Source: Escherichia coli
Lineage (GTDB): Bacteria; Pseudomonadota; Gammaproteobacteria; Enterobacterales; Enterobacteriaceae
Assembly (NCBI RefSeq): GCF_044324785.1
Contig: NZ_CP172127.1
Length of the DNA: 64,000 bases
Direction: 5' to 3' (one strand)
The notes below the pieces were generated by a model. The model made no database searches and was not told the DNA's origin. It worked only from the letters and a program-made list of their open reading frames with translations. The position numbers were made by a program, and so were the translations under genes. Positions within the stretch are counted from its first letter, which is position 1. Each line of letters opens with the position of its first letter. Shown here one piece after another: positions 12,082 to 24,934 of the stretch.

Positions 12082-12589
12082 TTTTCTTCCGTGCGAGCAT
12101 TAAGACATCCGGGTTGACCTTTACACCGCTACGCGATAAGGCATCCAGGTTTACGGCAAATCTGACGTCATTATTGTGGATGATCAGACAAAAGGCGCTA
12201 CCAATAATGCACTCGGTATTTTGTTCGGCAATTAATAATAACGCCTTTGACGGATATTGTTCGGTTAATTCCATCTGGAATGTCGGTGACTCGTTGCCAA
12301 AATAAAAACCATTGCAGCCTGAAATCATCGCCTCTTGTTGAGTGTGAATGATGACAGGCAGATAAGGCAAAGATGTCGCGGCATTCTCTTGTAGGGCGGT
12401 ACTAAAACGTGAAGATGAAAAGATACATAACTTTGGTGGCCCTGATAGCGCAGGCCAGCGGGTGTAACTGACAATACCGGAAACCATCATACGCACGTTT
12501 TTCGCAACGTCAGAAGGTTCCTGAGCGAGTATTGGTGCTCCCGTCAGCAGGAGAATCAGCAGTAAGAACAGTCGGTGAGAAAAACGCAT
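12071..12589 (-). CDS. yfiR: Periplasmic repressor of DgcN, YfiR
   Basis: 172 aa with signal peptide; overlaps dgcN start by 11 bp (yfiRNB operon). Confidence 0.9.
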
Positions 12590-12738
12590 TCAGGGATCCT
12601 CACCATCTTCGCTCGAAATGCATCGATATTTTTTAAGAATGCTCATTAAAATATCATTCTTTCATGCGGTCGTCATCAATGTGAGAAATAAAACACAATG
12701 AGTAAAATCTCATGCTTAATTTATTTGCGGGGGTTTAA

Positions 12739-13104
12739 TTAATTTAATCGTATTGTGCTGGCATTTTCATCAGCCCCTTTTTGCCATACTTCATGCAGTT
12801 GGCTGGCATTTTCAACATTGTTGCAGCTGGCAGGAAAGCTTTTACCGGAAAGTCCTCGGGCATAAGTAAAATCGGTCTGGCAAGTTTTCTTTTGTCCTTC
12901 GGCATATCCTTTAAGGTATAGACTGCGATCCGCCTGTGAATCGCTAAATGCATCGTCATCTTTTATGGCGTTGCCCGATATCGCATCTTCCATACCGACA
13001 TCATACCAGTCGGTGCTGGTCAAGGTTGGCGCGTGAGTATAAGGATCAATCTGACATCCGCTAACCAGTAAAGCCAACAAGGGGGCGATAAACTTTTTCA
13101 TCAT
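12739..13104 (-). CDS. yfiL: Putative lipoprotein YfiL
   Basis: Signal peptide with lipobox LVSGCQ; start chosen at the ATG preceded by GGAG (MMKKFIAPLL...); the ORF-track start at 13143 is an over-extension. Confidence 0.75.
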   Translation of the reverse strand: MMKKFIAPLLALLVSGCQIDPYTHAPTLTSTDWYDVGMEDAISGNAIKDDDAFSDSQADRSLYLKGYAEGQKKTCQTDFTYARGLSGKSFPASCNNVENASQLHEVWQKGADENASTIRLN

Positions 13105-13149
13105 TTCTTTCTCCTTTTTCAAAGCATAGCGGATTGTTTTCAAAGGTGG

Positions 13150-13219
13150 TGTAAATTTATTTATACATAAACAAGGGTTAAAAGCGCGAATAAATTGCTT
13201 ATGTAAAGAAAAATGTACG
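13150..13219 (+). promoter_or_regulatory. TyrR boxes in the aroF promoter region
   Basis: TGTAAATTTATTTATACA (13150-13167) and TGTAAAGAAAAATGTACG (13202-13219) match TGTAAA-N6-TTTACA. Confidence 0.8.
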
Positions 13220-13313
13220 AAATATGGATTGAAAACTTTACTTTATGTGTTATCGTTACGTCATCCTCGCTGAGGATCAACTATCGCAAACGAGCATAAA
13301 CAGGATCGCCATC

Positions 13314-14384
13314 ATGCAAAAAGACGCGCTGAATAACGTACATATTACCGACGAACAGGTTTTAATGACTCCGGAACAACTGAAGGCCGCTTTTCCATTA
13401 AGCCTGCAACAAGAAGCCCAGATTGCTGACTCGCGTAAAACCATTTCAGATATTATCGCCGGGCGCGATCCTCGTCTTCTGGTAGTATGTGGTCCTTGTT
13501 CCATTCATGATCCGGAAACTGCTCTGGAATATGCTCGTCGATTTAAAGCCCTTGCCGCAGAGGTCAGCGATAGCCTCTATCTGGTAATGCGCGTCTATTT
13601 TGAAAAACCCCGTACCACTGTCGGTTGGAAAGGGTTGATTAACGATCCCCATATGGATGGCTCTTTTGATGTAGAAGCCGGGCTGCAGATCGCGCGTAAA
13701 TTGCTGCTTGAGCTGGTGAATATGGGACTGCCACTGGCGACGGAAGCGTTAGATCCGAATAGCCCGCAATACCTGGGCGATCTGTTTAGCTGGTCAGCAA
13801 TTGGTGCTCGTACAACGGAATCGCAAACTCACCGTGAAATGGCCTCCGGGCTTTCCATGCCGGTTGGTTTTAAAAACGGCACCGACGGCAGTCTGGCAAC
13901 AGCAATTAACGCTATGCGCGCCGCCGCCCAGCCGCACCGTTTTGTTGGCATTAACCAGGCAGGGCAGGTGGCGTTGCTACAAACTCAGGGGAATCCGGAC
14001 GGGCATGTGATCCTGCGCGGTGGTAAAGCGCCGAACTATAGCCCTGCGGATGTTGCGCAATGTGAAAAAGAGATGGAACAGGCGGGACTGCGCCCGTCTC
14101 TGATGGTAGATTGCAGCCACGGTAATTCCAATAAAGATTATCGCCGTCAGCCTGCGGTGGCAGAGTCCGTGGTTGCTCAGATCAAAGATGGTAATCGCTC
14201 CATTATTGGTCTGATGATTGAAAGTAATATCCACGAAGGTAATCAGTCTTCCGAACAGCCGCGTAGCGAAATGAAATACGGCGTGTCTGTAACCGATGCC
14301 TGCATTAGTTGGGAAATGACCGATGCCTTGCTGCGTGAAATTCATCAGGATCTGAACGGGCAGCTGACGGCTCGCGTGGCTTAA
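13314..14384 (+). CDS. aroF: DAHP synthase, tyrosine-sensitive
   Basis: 356 aa [25 protein letters not shown]... Confidence 0.95.
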   Translation: MQKDALNNVHITDEQVLMTPEQLKAAFPLSLQQEAQIADSRKTISDIIAGRDPRLLVVCGPCSIHDPETALEYARRFKALAAEVSDSLYLVMRVYFEKPRTTVGWKGLINDPHMDGSFDVEAGLQIARKLLLELVNMGLPLATEALDPNSPQYLGDLFSWSAIGARTTESQTHREMASGLSMPVGFKNGTDGSLATAINAMRAAAQPHRFVGINQAGQVALLQTQGNPDGHVILRGGKAPNYSPADVAQCEKEMEQAGLRPSLMVDCSHGNSNKDYRRQPAVAESVVAQIKDGNRSIIGLMIESNIHEGNQSSEQPRSEMKYGVSVTDACISWEMTDALLREIHQDLNGQLTARVA

Positions 14385-14394
14385 GAGGTTTATT

Positions 14395-15516
14395 ATGGTT
14401 GCTGAGTTGACCGCATTACGCGATCAAATTGATGAAGTCGATAAAGCGCTGCTGAATTTATTAGCGAAGCGTCTGGAACTGGTTGCTGAAGTGGGCGAGG
14501 TGAAAAGCCGCTTTGGACTGCCTATTTATGTTCCGGAGCGCGAGGCATCTATGCTGGCCTCGCGTCGTGCAGAGGCGGAAGCTCTGGGTGTACCGCCAGA
14601 TCTGATTGAGGATGTTTTGCGTCGGGTGATGCGTGAATCTTACTCCAGTGAAAACGACAAAGGATTTAAAACGCTTTGTCCGTCACTGCGTCCGGTGGTT
14701 ATCGTCGGTGGTGGCGGTCAGATGGGACGTCTGTTCGAGAAGATGCTGGCACTCTCGGGTTATCAGGTGCGGATTCTGGAGCAACATGACTGGGATCGAG
14801 CGGCTGATATTGTTTCCGATGCCGGAATGGTGATTGTTAGTGTGCCAATCCACGTTACTGAGCAAGTTATCGGCAAATTACCGCCTTTACCGAAAGATTG
14901 TATTCTGGTTGATCTGGCATCGGTGAAAAATGGACCGTTACAGGCCATGCTGGCGGCGCATGATGGTCCGGTGCTGGGGCTACACCCGATGTTCGGCCCG
15001 GACAGCGGTAGCCTGGCAAAGCAAGTTGTGGTCTGGTGTGATGGACGTAAGCCGGAAGCATACCAATGGTTTCTGGAGCAAATTCAGGTCTGGGGCGCTC
15101 GACTGCATCGTATTAGCGCTGTCGAGCACGATCAGAATATGGCGTTTATTCAGGCACTGCGCCACTTTGCTACTTTTGCTTATGGGCTGCACCTGGCAGA
15201 AGAAAATGTTCAGCTTGAGCAACTTCTGGCACTTTCTTCGCCGATTTACCGCCTTGAGCTGGCGATGGTCGGGCGACTGTTTGCTCAGGATCCGCAGCTT
15301 TATGCCGACATTATTATGTCGTCAGAGCGTAATCTGGCGTTAATCAAACGTTACTATAAGCGTTTCGGCGAGGCGATTGAGTTGCTGGAGCAGGGCGATA
15401 AGCAGGCGTTTATTGACAGTTTCCGCAAGGTGGAGCACTGGTTCGGCGATTACGCACAGCGTTTTCAGAGTGAAAGCCGCGTGTTATTGCGTCAGGCGAA
15501 TGACAGTCGCCAGTAA
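14395..15516 (+). CDS. tyrA: Chorismate mutase / prephenate dehydrogenase (T-protein)
   Basis: 373 aa, recognised sequence; 10 bp downstream of aroF. Confidence 0.95.
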   Translation: MVAELTALRDQIDEVDKALLNLLAKRLELVAEVGEVKSRFGLPIYVPEREASMLASRRAEAEALGVPPDLIEDVLRRVMRESYSSENDKGFKTLCPSLRPVVIVGGGGQMGRLFEKMLALSGYQVRILEQHDWDRAADIVSDAGMVIVSVPIHVTEQVIGKLPPLPKDCILVDLASVKNGPLQAMLAAHDGPVLGLHPMFGPDSGSLAKQVVVWCDGRKPEAYQWFLEQIQVWGARLHRISAVEHDQNMAFIQALRHFATFAYGLHLAEENVQLEQLLALSSPIYRLELAMVGRLFAQDPQLYADIIMSSERNLALIKRYYKRFGEAIELLEQGDKQAFIDSFRKVEHWFGDYAQRFQSESRVLLRQANDSRQ

Positions 15517-15523
15517 TAATCCA

Positions 15524-15551
15524 GTGCCGGGTGGCGTGTTTCACCCGGCAC
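15524..15551. terminator. Bidirectional terminator between convergent tyrA and pheA
   Basis: GTGCCGGGTG...CACCCGGCAC inverted repeat. Confidence 0.75.
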
Positions 15552-15558
15552 GATTTCA

Positions 15559-16719
15559 TTATGCCGGATCGACTGGTACCACATTCTCGCTTGGGTAACA
15601 GCCCAGGACTTTCATCGAGCGAGTGATTTCACCTAGCTCTTTCAACGCCTGTTGCATTTCCGCTGATTCCAGATTGGCCTGAATATCCAGATAAAACATC
15701 TCTTCCCACGGGTTTCCGTGAATCGGGCGTGATTCCAGACGGGTCATAATCAGATTGTGGTTGCGCAGTACCAGCAACGCTTCAACCAGCGCACCAGCTT
15801 GTTGGCCGGTCGCCATTAACAACGTCGTTTTCGCCGGAACCTGGTCAGAAACGTTAATGGCTTTACGTGCCAACACCACAAATCGGGTGAAGTTTTGTCG
15901 CTGATTCGCTTCAATACGCTCCAGTACTTGCAAACCGTACAAAGTGCCGCCAGCTTCGCTTCCCAACGCAGCAATATGCGGTGATTTTGCCTGTGCAACC
16001 TTTTCCATTGCCGCAGACGTACTTTCGGTATATTCAATCTTCCAGTGCGGATAACGATTAAGGAATTTGCTGCATTGCTGGAATGGCTGCGGATGGCTGT
16101 AGACCGTATTAATGGTGGATAAATCAGTAGTGCCGGAGACCAACAAACAATGATCGATAGTTAACGTCATCTCGCCAACAATCGACAAACTGGTATGTTG
16201 CAGCAGATCGTAAACGTCGTTTATGGCACCGGAGCTGGTATTTTCAATCGGTACGACGGCATAGTCGGCCTGGCCGGTTTCCACCTGATTAAAAATATCG
16301 GCAAATTTGGCGCAGCCACTTTCAATGAATTGCTCAAAGTGACGGGCAGCGTACTGACGAGCGGCAAGATGTGAATAGGAGCCTTTGGGGCCGAGAAAAG
16401 CAATGCGGGCAGAGTGTGGATTAATTTTATTGAGATGTTGCTGGAGCAAAGCCTGCTGAGTTAATACGGAATCTTCAATGATGAGCTGGAACAGGCGAGT
16501 AATGTAATGGGCGTCCAGATGGTGCGCTTTACCGAGCGTAATTAATCTTTCCAGTAAATCGCGTTCACGATCAATATCACGTACCGGGCGATGCGAGAGC
16601 AGTTTGGCTTTTCCCACCTCGACGGCCAGTTCGCGCCGCTCTGCCAGTAATGCTAATAATTTTTCATCCAGCGCGCTGATTTTCTCACGCAGCGCCAGTA
16701 ACGGGTTTTCCGATGTCAT
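15559..16719 (-). CDS. pheA: Chorismate mutase / prephenate dehydratase (P-protein)
   Basis: 386 aa, recognised sequence. Confidence 0.95.
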   Translation of the reverse strand: MTSENPLLALREKISALDEKLLALLAERRELAVEVGKAKLLSHRPVRDIDRERDLLERLITLGKAHHLDAHYITRLFQLIIEDSVLTQQALLQQHLNKINPHSARIAFLGPKGSYSHLAARQYAARHFEQFIESGCAKFADIFNQVETGQADYAVVPIENTSSGAINDVYDLLQHTSLSIVGEMTLTIDHCLLVSGTTDLSTINTVYSHPQPFQQCSKFLNRYPHWKIEYTESTSAAMEKVAQAKSPHIAALGSEAGGTLYGLQVLERIEANQRQNFTRFVVLARKAINVSDQVPAKTTLLMATGQQAGALVEALLVLRNHNLIMTRLESRPIHGNPWEEMFYLDIQANLESAEMQQALKELGEITRSMKVLGCYPSENVVPVDPA

Positions 16720-16740
16720 AGTGTTGCCTTTTTTGTTATC

Positions 16741-16776
16741 AATAAAAAAGGCCCCCCGATTTGGGAGGCCTTATTG
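16741..16776 (-). promoter_or_regulatory. pheA transcription attenuator (terminator hairpin between pheL and pheA)
   Basis: Minus strand reads CAATAAGGCCTCCCAAATCGGGGGGCCTTTTTTATT. Confidence 0.85.
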
Positions 16777-16818
16777 TTCGTCTTCGCATTCTGTTTCACA
16801 CGACGAAACGCCTCCCAT

Positions 16819-16866
16819 TCAGGGGAAGGTAAAAAAGAATGCGAAGAAAAACGGTGTGTGTTTCAT
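16819..16866 (-). CDS. pheL: pheA leader peptide (15 aa, seven Phe codons)
   Basis: Minus strand ATGAAACACACACCGTTTTTCTTCGCATTCTTTTTTACCTTCCCCTGA = [15 protein letters not shown]. Confidence 0.9.
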   Translation of the reverse strand: [15 protein letters not shown]

Positions 16867-16920
16867 GTTTGTTTCCTTAAGTGACTTCAGTACAGTACCC
16901 GTACTGTTTTCACGCTGTCA

Positions 16921-16950
16921 ACAAAAAACGCGCCCGAAGGCGCGTTGGCG
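16921..16950 (-). terminator. raiA terminator
   Basis: ACGCGCCCGAAGGCGCGT hairpin followed by a T-run on the minus strand. Confidence 0.7.
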
Positions 16951-16969
16951 ATACACTCAATATAAAGGA

Positions 16970-17365
<396 letters not shown>

Positions 17366-17534
17366 TCAAAATGTGTGATGGAAATCTCATAATTTTGTCA
17401 CTTTTTGTCAACGAATCTTTTTTGTGAGAAATCGCAGGAAGAGATGTTTTTTTACTTGAGGAATATCTCAAAGCGAGCCATATTTGATGAGATCGATAGT
17501 GACTAAATCGCTTCAGTTTCACAACAAACAGAAT

Positions 17535-17567
17535 AAAAAAACGGCAGCTCAAGGGCTGCCGTTTTGT
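17535..17567 (-). terminator. bamD terminator
   Basis: CGGCAGCTCAAGGGCTGCCG hairpin flanked by A- and T-runs. Confidence 0.7.
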
Positions 17568-17581
17568 GTTTCAGGTTTCTG

Positions 17582-18319
17582 TTATGTATTGCTGCTGTTT
17601 GCGGCGATGATTTTCGCTACTTTTTCAGCTTGCGCATTCATTTGCATCTGACGGTATGCATTTTCCATCAGCGGCAGCGCATCACGCGTAGCCTGGGTAT
17701 CCGGGTAGTCGCGCAACATGCCTTCTACGCGGTTAACGACGGCAACCCATGCGCCACGTTCTGTATAGTACTCGGCCACGGAGTATTCATATTTCGCCAG
17801 ACGATCTTTCAGGAATACCAGACGTTTGGTGGCATCGGTGGTGTACTGACTGTTCGGATAGCCGCGCACCAGTTTGGAAAAGTCACTAAACGCAGCTCGT
17901 GCATGTTGAGGATCGCGATCGCTACGGTCAACGCCAAAGAACCCTTGCAGCGCACTGTCATCCAGCGCCATATTGGTCAGGCCACGCATGTACATGACAT
18001 AATCGATATTCGGATGGGTCGGGTTAAGGCGAATAAAACGATCGATGGCAGCCTGTGCTAACGGCAAATCGGCGTTTTTATAGTAGGCGTAGATGAGATC
18101 CAGCTGCACCTGCTGCGAATACGGACCAAACGGATAGCGATTATCTAACGCTTCCAGTTGCGTTATTGCCTGTCTCCAGTTACCGTCCTGCAGCTTTTGT
18201 TGTGCAGTCGCGTAAATTTCATTTGGCGGATTATCAGGTACTTCTTCCTTTGACCCCGAGCAACCCGCCAAAAACAGGCTTAGTGTGGCGGCTGCCACCA
18301 GATATTTCATGCGCGTCAT
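17582..18319 (-). CDS. bamD: Outer membrane protein assembly factor BamD (YfiO), TPR lipoprotein
   Basis: 245 aa, lipobox LAGCSG. Confidence 0.95.
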
Positions 18320-18453
18320 GACGTTTTGACTTTCCTCAAAATGTAATACGGGAGATTCTCTGTTCCTGCTCCCGGTTAAGACCAGCTACAATAGCACACT
18401 ATATTAAACGGCAAAGCCGTAAAACCCCAACGATAAACGAAGAAGCAGTATAT

Positions 18454-19434
18454 ATGGCACAACGAGTACAGCTCACTGCAACGGTGTCCGAAAACCAACT
18501 CGGTCAACGCTTAGATCAGGCTTTGGCCGAAATGTTCCCGGATTATTCACGTTCGCGAATAAAAGAATGGATCCTCGACCAGCGCGTGCTGGTTAACGGC
18601 AAAGTTTGTGATAAGCCGAAAGAAAAAGTATTGGGTGGCGAGCAGGTTGCCATCAACGCTGAGATTGAAGAAGAAGCGCGTTTTGAACCGCAGGATATCC
18701 CGCTGGATATTGTCTATGAAGATGAAGATATCATCGTCATTAATAAACCACGCGACCTGGTGGTACATCCTGGCGCGGGTAACCCGGATGGCACGGTACT
18801 GAATGCGTTGCTTCATTATTATCCGCCCATTGCCGATGTACCGCGTGCGGGCATCGTCCATCGTCTGGATAAAGACACCACCGGCCTGATGGTTGTGGCA
18901 AAAACCGTTCCGGCTCAGACGCGTTTAGTCGAATCTTTGCAACGGCGTGAAATTACTCGTGAGTACGAAGCGGTGGCGATTGGTCATATGACCGCAGGTG
19001 GCACGGTGGACGAGCCAATCAGTCGCCACCCGACCAAACGTACCCATATGGCGGTGCATCCGATGGGCAAACCAGCGGTGACTCACTATCGCATCATGGA
19101 ACACTTCCGTGTGCACACGCGTCTGCGGTTGCGTCTGGAAACTGGACGTACGCACCAGATCCGCGTGCATATGGCCCATATCACTCATCCGCTGGTGGGC
19201 GATCCGGTTTATGGTGGCCGTCCGCGTCCGCCAAAAGGTGCTTCGGAAGCGTTTATCTCCACGCTGCGTAAGTTTGACCGCCAGGCGCTTCATGCAACCA
19301 TGCTGCGTCTTTATCACCCGATCTCCGGTATCGAAATGGAATGGCATGCGCCTATTCCAGAAGATATGGTGGAGCTGATTGAGGTGATGCGCGCCGATTT
19401 CGAAGAGCATAAGGATGAAGTGGACTGGTTATGA
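18454..19434 (+). CDS. rluD: 23S rRNA pseudouridine(1911/1915/1917) synthase RluD
   Basis: 326 aa, S4 domain plus RluA-family catalytic HRLD motif. Confidence 0.95.
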   Translation: MAQRVQLTATVSENQLGQRLDQALAEMFPDYSRSRIKEWILDQRVLVNGKVCDKPKEKVLGGEQVAINAEIEEEARFEPQDIPLDIVYEDEDIIVINKPRDLVVHPGAGNPDGTVLNALLHYYPPIADVPRAGIVHRLDKDTTGLMVVAKTVPAQTRLVESLQRREITREYEAVAIGHMTAGGTVDEPISRHPTKRTHMAVHPMGKPAVTHYRIMEHFRVHTRLRLRLETGRTHQIRVHMAHITHPLVGDPVYGGRPRPPKGASEAFISTLRKFDRQALHATMLRLYHPISGIEMEWHAPIPEDMVELIEVMRADFEEHKDEVDWL

Positions 19435-20162
19435 GTAAGCTGATTGTCCCGCAGTGGCCGCTGCCAAAAGGTGTTGCGGCCTGTAGCTCTACCCGTATCG
19501 GCGGCGTGAGCTTGCCGCCTTACGACTCTCTCAACCTTGGCGCTCATTGTGGTGATAACCCGGATCACGTTGAGGAGAATCGCAAGCGACTTTTTGCTGC
19601 GGGCAATTTGCCTTCTAAACCGGTCTGGCTTGAGCAGGTACACGGCAAAGATGTGCTTAAGCTTACTGGTGAACCTTATGCCTCAAAACGAGCAGATGCC
19701 TCTTATAGCAATACGCCCGGCACGGTTTGCGCAGTGATGACTGCCGACTGCCTCCCCGTGCTGTTTTGCAATCGAGCGGGAACGGAAGTCGCCGCCGCTC
19801 ATGCTGGCTGGCGTGGACTGTGCGCTGGCGTGTTGGAGGAGACGGTTTCCTGTTTTGCTGATAATCCGGAAAATATTCTCGCCTGGTTAGGGCCGGCAAT
19901 TGGTCCACGCGCGTTTGAAGTGGGGGCGGAGGTTCGCGAGGCGTTTATGGCAGTAGACGCCAAAGCGAGTACAGCTTTCATTCAGCATGGTGATAAGTAT
20001 CTGGCGGATATTTATCTCCTTGCCCGGCAGCGTCTGGCGAACGTCGGTGTCGAACAAATTTTCGGCGGCAACCGTTGTACATATACGGAAAATGAGACTT
20101 TCTTCTCTTATCGTCGCGACAAGACCACTGGTCGTATGGCAAGTTTCATTTGGCTGATATAA
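19431..20162 (+). CDS. pgeF: Peptidoglycan editing factor PgeF (YfiH)
   Basis: 243 aa; start overlaps rluD stop by 4 bp. Confidence 0.9.
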   Translation: MSKLIVPQWPLPKGVAACSSTRIGGVSLPPYDSLNLGAHCGDNPDHVEENRKRLFAAGNLPSKPVWLEQVHGKDVLKLTGEPYASKRADASYSNTPGTVCAVMTADCLPVLFCNRAGTEVAAAHAGWRGLCAGVLEETVSCFADNPENILAWLGPAIGPRAFEVGAEVREAFMAVDAKASTAFIQHGDKYLADIYLLARQRLANVGVEQIFGGNRCTYTENETFFSYRRDKTTGRMASFIWLI

Positions 20163-20224
20163 CCTAAAGAATCAAGACGATCCGGTACGCGTGATTTTCT
20201 TTTCACATTAATCTGGTCAATAAC

Positions 20225-20253
20225 CTTGAATAATTGAGGGATGACCTCATTTA
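20225..20253 (+). promoter_or_regulatory. Sigma-32 heat-shock promoter of clpB
   Basis: CTTGAAT, 13 nt spacer, CCTCATTTA. Confidence 0.7.
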
Positions 20254-20291
20254 ATCTCCAGTAGCAACTTTGATCCGTTATGGGAGGAGTT

Positions 20292-22865
20292 ATGCGTCTG
20301 GATCGTCTTACTAATAAATTCCAGCTTGCTCTTGCCGATGCCCAATCACTTGCACTCGGGCACGACAACCAATTCATCGAACCACTTCATTTAATGAGCG
20401 CCCTGCTGAATCAGGAAGGGGGTTCGGTTAGTCCTTTATTAACATCCGCTGGCATTAATGCTGGCCAGTTGCGCACAGATATCAATCAGGCATTAAATCG
20501 TTTACCGCAGGTTGAAGGTACTGGTGGTGATGTCCAGCCATCACAGGATCTGGTGCGCGTTCTTAATCTTTGCGACAAGTTGGCGCAAAAACGTGGTGAT
20601 AACTTTATCTCGTCAGAACTGTTCGTTCTGGCGGCACTTGAGTCTCGCGGCACGCTGGCCGACATCCTGAAAGCAGCAGGGGCGACCACCGCCAACATTA
20701 CTCAAGCGATTGAACAAATGCGTGGAGGTGAAAGCGTGAACGATCAAGGTGCTGAAGACCAACGTCAGGCTTTGAAAAAATATACCATCGACCTTACCGA
20801 ACGAGCCGAACAAGGCAAACTCGATCCGGTGATTGGTCGTGATGAAGAAATTCGCCGTACCATTCAGGTGCTGCAACGTCGTACTAAAAATAACCCGGTA
20901 CTGATTGGTGAACCAGGCGTCGGTAAAACTGCCATCGTTGAAGGTCTGGCGCAGCGTATCATCAACGGCGAAGTGCCGGAAGGGTTGAAAGGCCGCCGCG
21001 TACTGGCGCTGGATATGGGCGCGCTGGTGGCTGGGGCGAAATATCGCGGTGAGTTTGAAGAACGTTTAAAAGGCGTACTTAACGATCTTGCTAAACAGGA
21101 AGGCAACGTCATCCTGTTTATCGACGAATTACATACCATGGTCGGCGCGGGTAAAGCCGATGGCGCAATGGACGCCGGAAACATGCTGAAACCGGCGCTG
21201 GCGCGTGGTGAATTGCACTGCGTAGGTGCCACGACGCTTGACGAATATCGCCAGTACATCGAAAAAGATGCTGCGCTGGAGCGTCGTTTCCAGAAAGTGT
21301 TTGTTGCCGAGCCTTCTGTTGAAGACACCATTGCTATTCTGCGTGGCTTAAAAGAACGTTACGAACTGCACCACCATGTGCAAATTACTGACCCGGCAAT
21401 TGTTGCAGCTGCGACGTTGTCTCATCGCTACATTGCTGACCGTCAGCTGCCGGATAAAGCCATCGACCTGATCGATGAAGCAGCATCCAGCATTCGTATG
21501 CAGATTGACTCAAAACCAGAAGAACTCGACCGACTCGATCGTCGTATCATCCAGCTCAAACTGGAACAACAGGCGTTAATGAAAGAGTCTGATGAAGCCA
21601 GTAAAAAACGCCTGGATATGCTCAACGAAGAACTGAGCGACAAAGAACGTCAGTACTCCGAGTTAGAAGAAGAGTGGAAAGCAGAGAAAGCATCGCTTTC
21701 TGGTACACAGACCATTAAAGCGGAACTGGAACAGGCGAAAATCGCTATTGAACAGGCTCGCCGTGTGGGTGACCTGGCGCGGATGTCTGAACTGCAATAC
21801 GGCAAAATCCCGGAACTGGAAAAGCAACTGGAAGCCGCAACGCAGCTCGAAGGCAAAACTATGCGTCTGTTGCGTAATAAAGTGACCGACGCCGAAATTG
21901 CTGAAGTGCTGGCGCGTTGGACGGGGATTCCGGTTTCTCGCATGATGGAAAGCGAGCGCGAAAAACTGCTGCGTATGGAGCAAGAGCTGCACCATCGCGT
22001 TATTGGTCAGAACGAAGCGGTTGATGCGGTATCTAACGCTATTCGTCGTAGCCGTGCGGGGCTGGCGGATCCAAATCGCCCGATTGGTTCATTCCTGTTC
22101 CTCGGCCCAACGGGTGTGGGGAAAACTGAGCTTTGTAAGGCGCTGGCGAACTTTATGTTTGATAGCGACGAGGCGATGGTCCGTATCGATATGTCCGAGT
22201 TTATGGAGAAACACTCGGTGTCTCGTCTGGTTGGTGCGCCTCCGGGATATGTCGGTTATGAAGAAGGTGGCTACCTGACCGAAGCTGTGCGTCGTCGTCC
22301 GTATTCCGTCATCCTGCTGGATGAAGTGGAAAAAGCGCATCCGGATGTCTTCAACATTCTGTTGCAGGTACTGGATGATGGGCGTCTGACTGACGGGCAG
22401 GGGAGAACGGTCGACTTCCGTAATACGGTTGTCATTATGACCTCTAACCTCGGTTCCGATTTGATTCAGGAACGCTTCGGTGAACTGGATTATGCGCACA
22501 TGAAAGAGCTGGTGCTCGGTGTGGTAAGCCATAACTTCCGTCCGGAATTCATTAACCGTATCGATGAAGTGGTGGTCTTCCATCCGCTGGGTGAACAGCA
22601 CATTGCGTCGATTGCGCAGATTCAGTTGAAACGTCTGTATAAACGTCTGGAAGAACGTGGTTATGAAATCCACATTTCTGACGAGGCGCTGAAACTGCTG
22701 AGCGAGAACGGTTACGATCCGGTCTATGGTGCACGTCCTCTGAAACGTGCTATCCAGCAGCAGATCGAAAACCCGCTGGCACAGCAAATACTGTCTGGTG
22801 AATTGGTTCCGGGTAAAGTTATTCGCCTGGAAGTTAATGAAGACCGGATTGTCGCCGTCCAGTAA
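20292..22865 (+). CDS. clpB: Disaggregase chaperone ClpB (857 aa); internal GTG at 20736 is the ClpB-80 start
   Basis: [18 protein letters not shown]...; two AAA+ modules with Walker A GEPGVGKT and GPTGVGKT; the ORF-track start at 20280 is 4 codons too long. Confidence 0.95.
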
Positions 22866-22869
22866 TGAT

Positions 22870-22899
22870 AAAACGAGCCCTTCGGGGCTCGTTTTTGTC
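22870..22899 (+). terminator. clpB terminator
   Basis: AAAACGAGCCCTTCGGGGCTCGTTTTTGTC. Confidence 0.85.
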
Positions 22900-22979
22900 T
22901 ATAAATTAGACGGAAAAGACTATGTTTAAGATGTTTTGCCTGAAAAATGAGCGAACGATAAAGTTTTTATATTTTTCGC

Positions 22980-23007
22980 TTGTCAGGCCGGAATAACTCC
23001 CTATAAT
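22980..23007 (+). promoter_or_regulatory. rrnG P1 promoter, with A/T-rich UP element immediately upstream
   Basis: TTGTCA, 16 nt spacer, TATAAT; upstream AAAGTTTTTATATTTTTCGC. Confidence 0.85.
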
Positions 23008-23098
23008 GCGCCACCACTGACACGGAACAACGGCAAACACGCCGCCGGGTCAGCGGAGTTCTCCTGAGAATTCCGGCAGAGAAAGCAAAAATAAATGC

Positions 23099-23126
23099 TT
23101 GACTCTGTAGCGGGAAAGCGTATTAT
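23099..23126 (+). promoter_or_regulatory. rrnG P2 promoter
   Basis: TTGACT, 16 nt spacer, TATTAT. Confidence 0.85.
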
Positions 23127-23163
23127 GCACACCCCGCGCCGCTGAGAAAAAGCGAAGCGGCAC

Positions 23164-23176
23164 TGCTCTTTAACAA
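23164..23176 (+). promoter_or_regulatory. rrn leader boxA antitermination element
   Basis: TGCTCTTTAACAA. Confidence 0.8.
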
Positions 23177-23307
23177 TTTATCAGACAATCTGTGTGGGCA
23201 CTCGAAGATACGGATTCTTAACGTCGCAAGACGAAAAATGAATACCAAGTCTCAAGAGTGAACACGTAATTCATTACGAAGTTTAATTCTTTGAGCATCA
23301 AACTTTT

Positions 23308-24849
<1,542 letters not shown>

Positions 24850-24934
24850 CCTTAAAGAAGCGTTCTTTGTAGTGCTCACACAGATTGTCTGATAGAAAGT
24901 GAAAAGCAAGGCGTCTTGCGAAGCAGACTGATAC

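Noticed and set aside
13245-13313. Upstream extension of aroF to an ATG at 13245 (379 aa)
   Set aside because: The extension would run through the TyrR boxes and promoter; the conserved N-terminus [11 protein letters not shown] begins at 13314.
22089-22787. 232-aa minus-strand ORF inside clpB, plus several shorter ones at 20486-21995
   Set aside because: Antisense to clpB; no start context; compositional artefacts.
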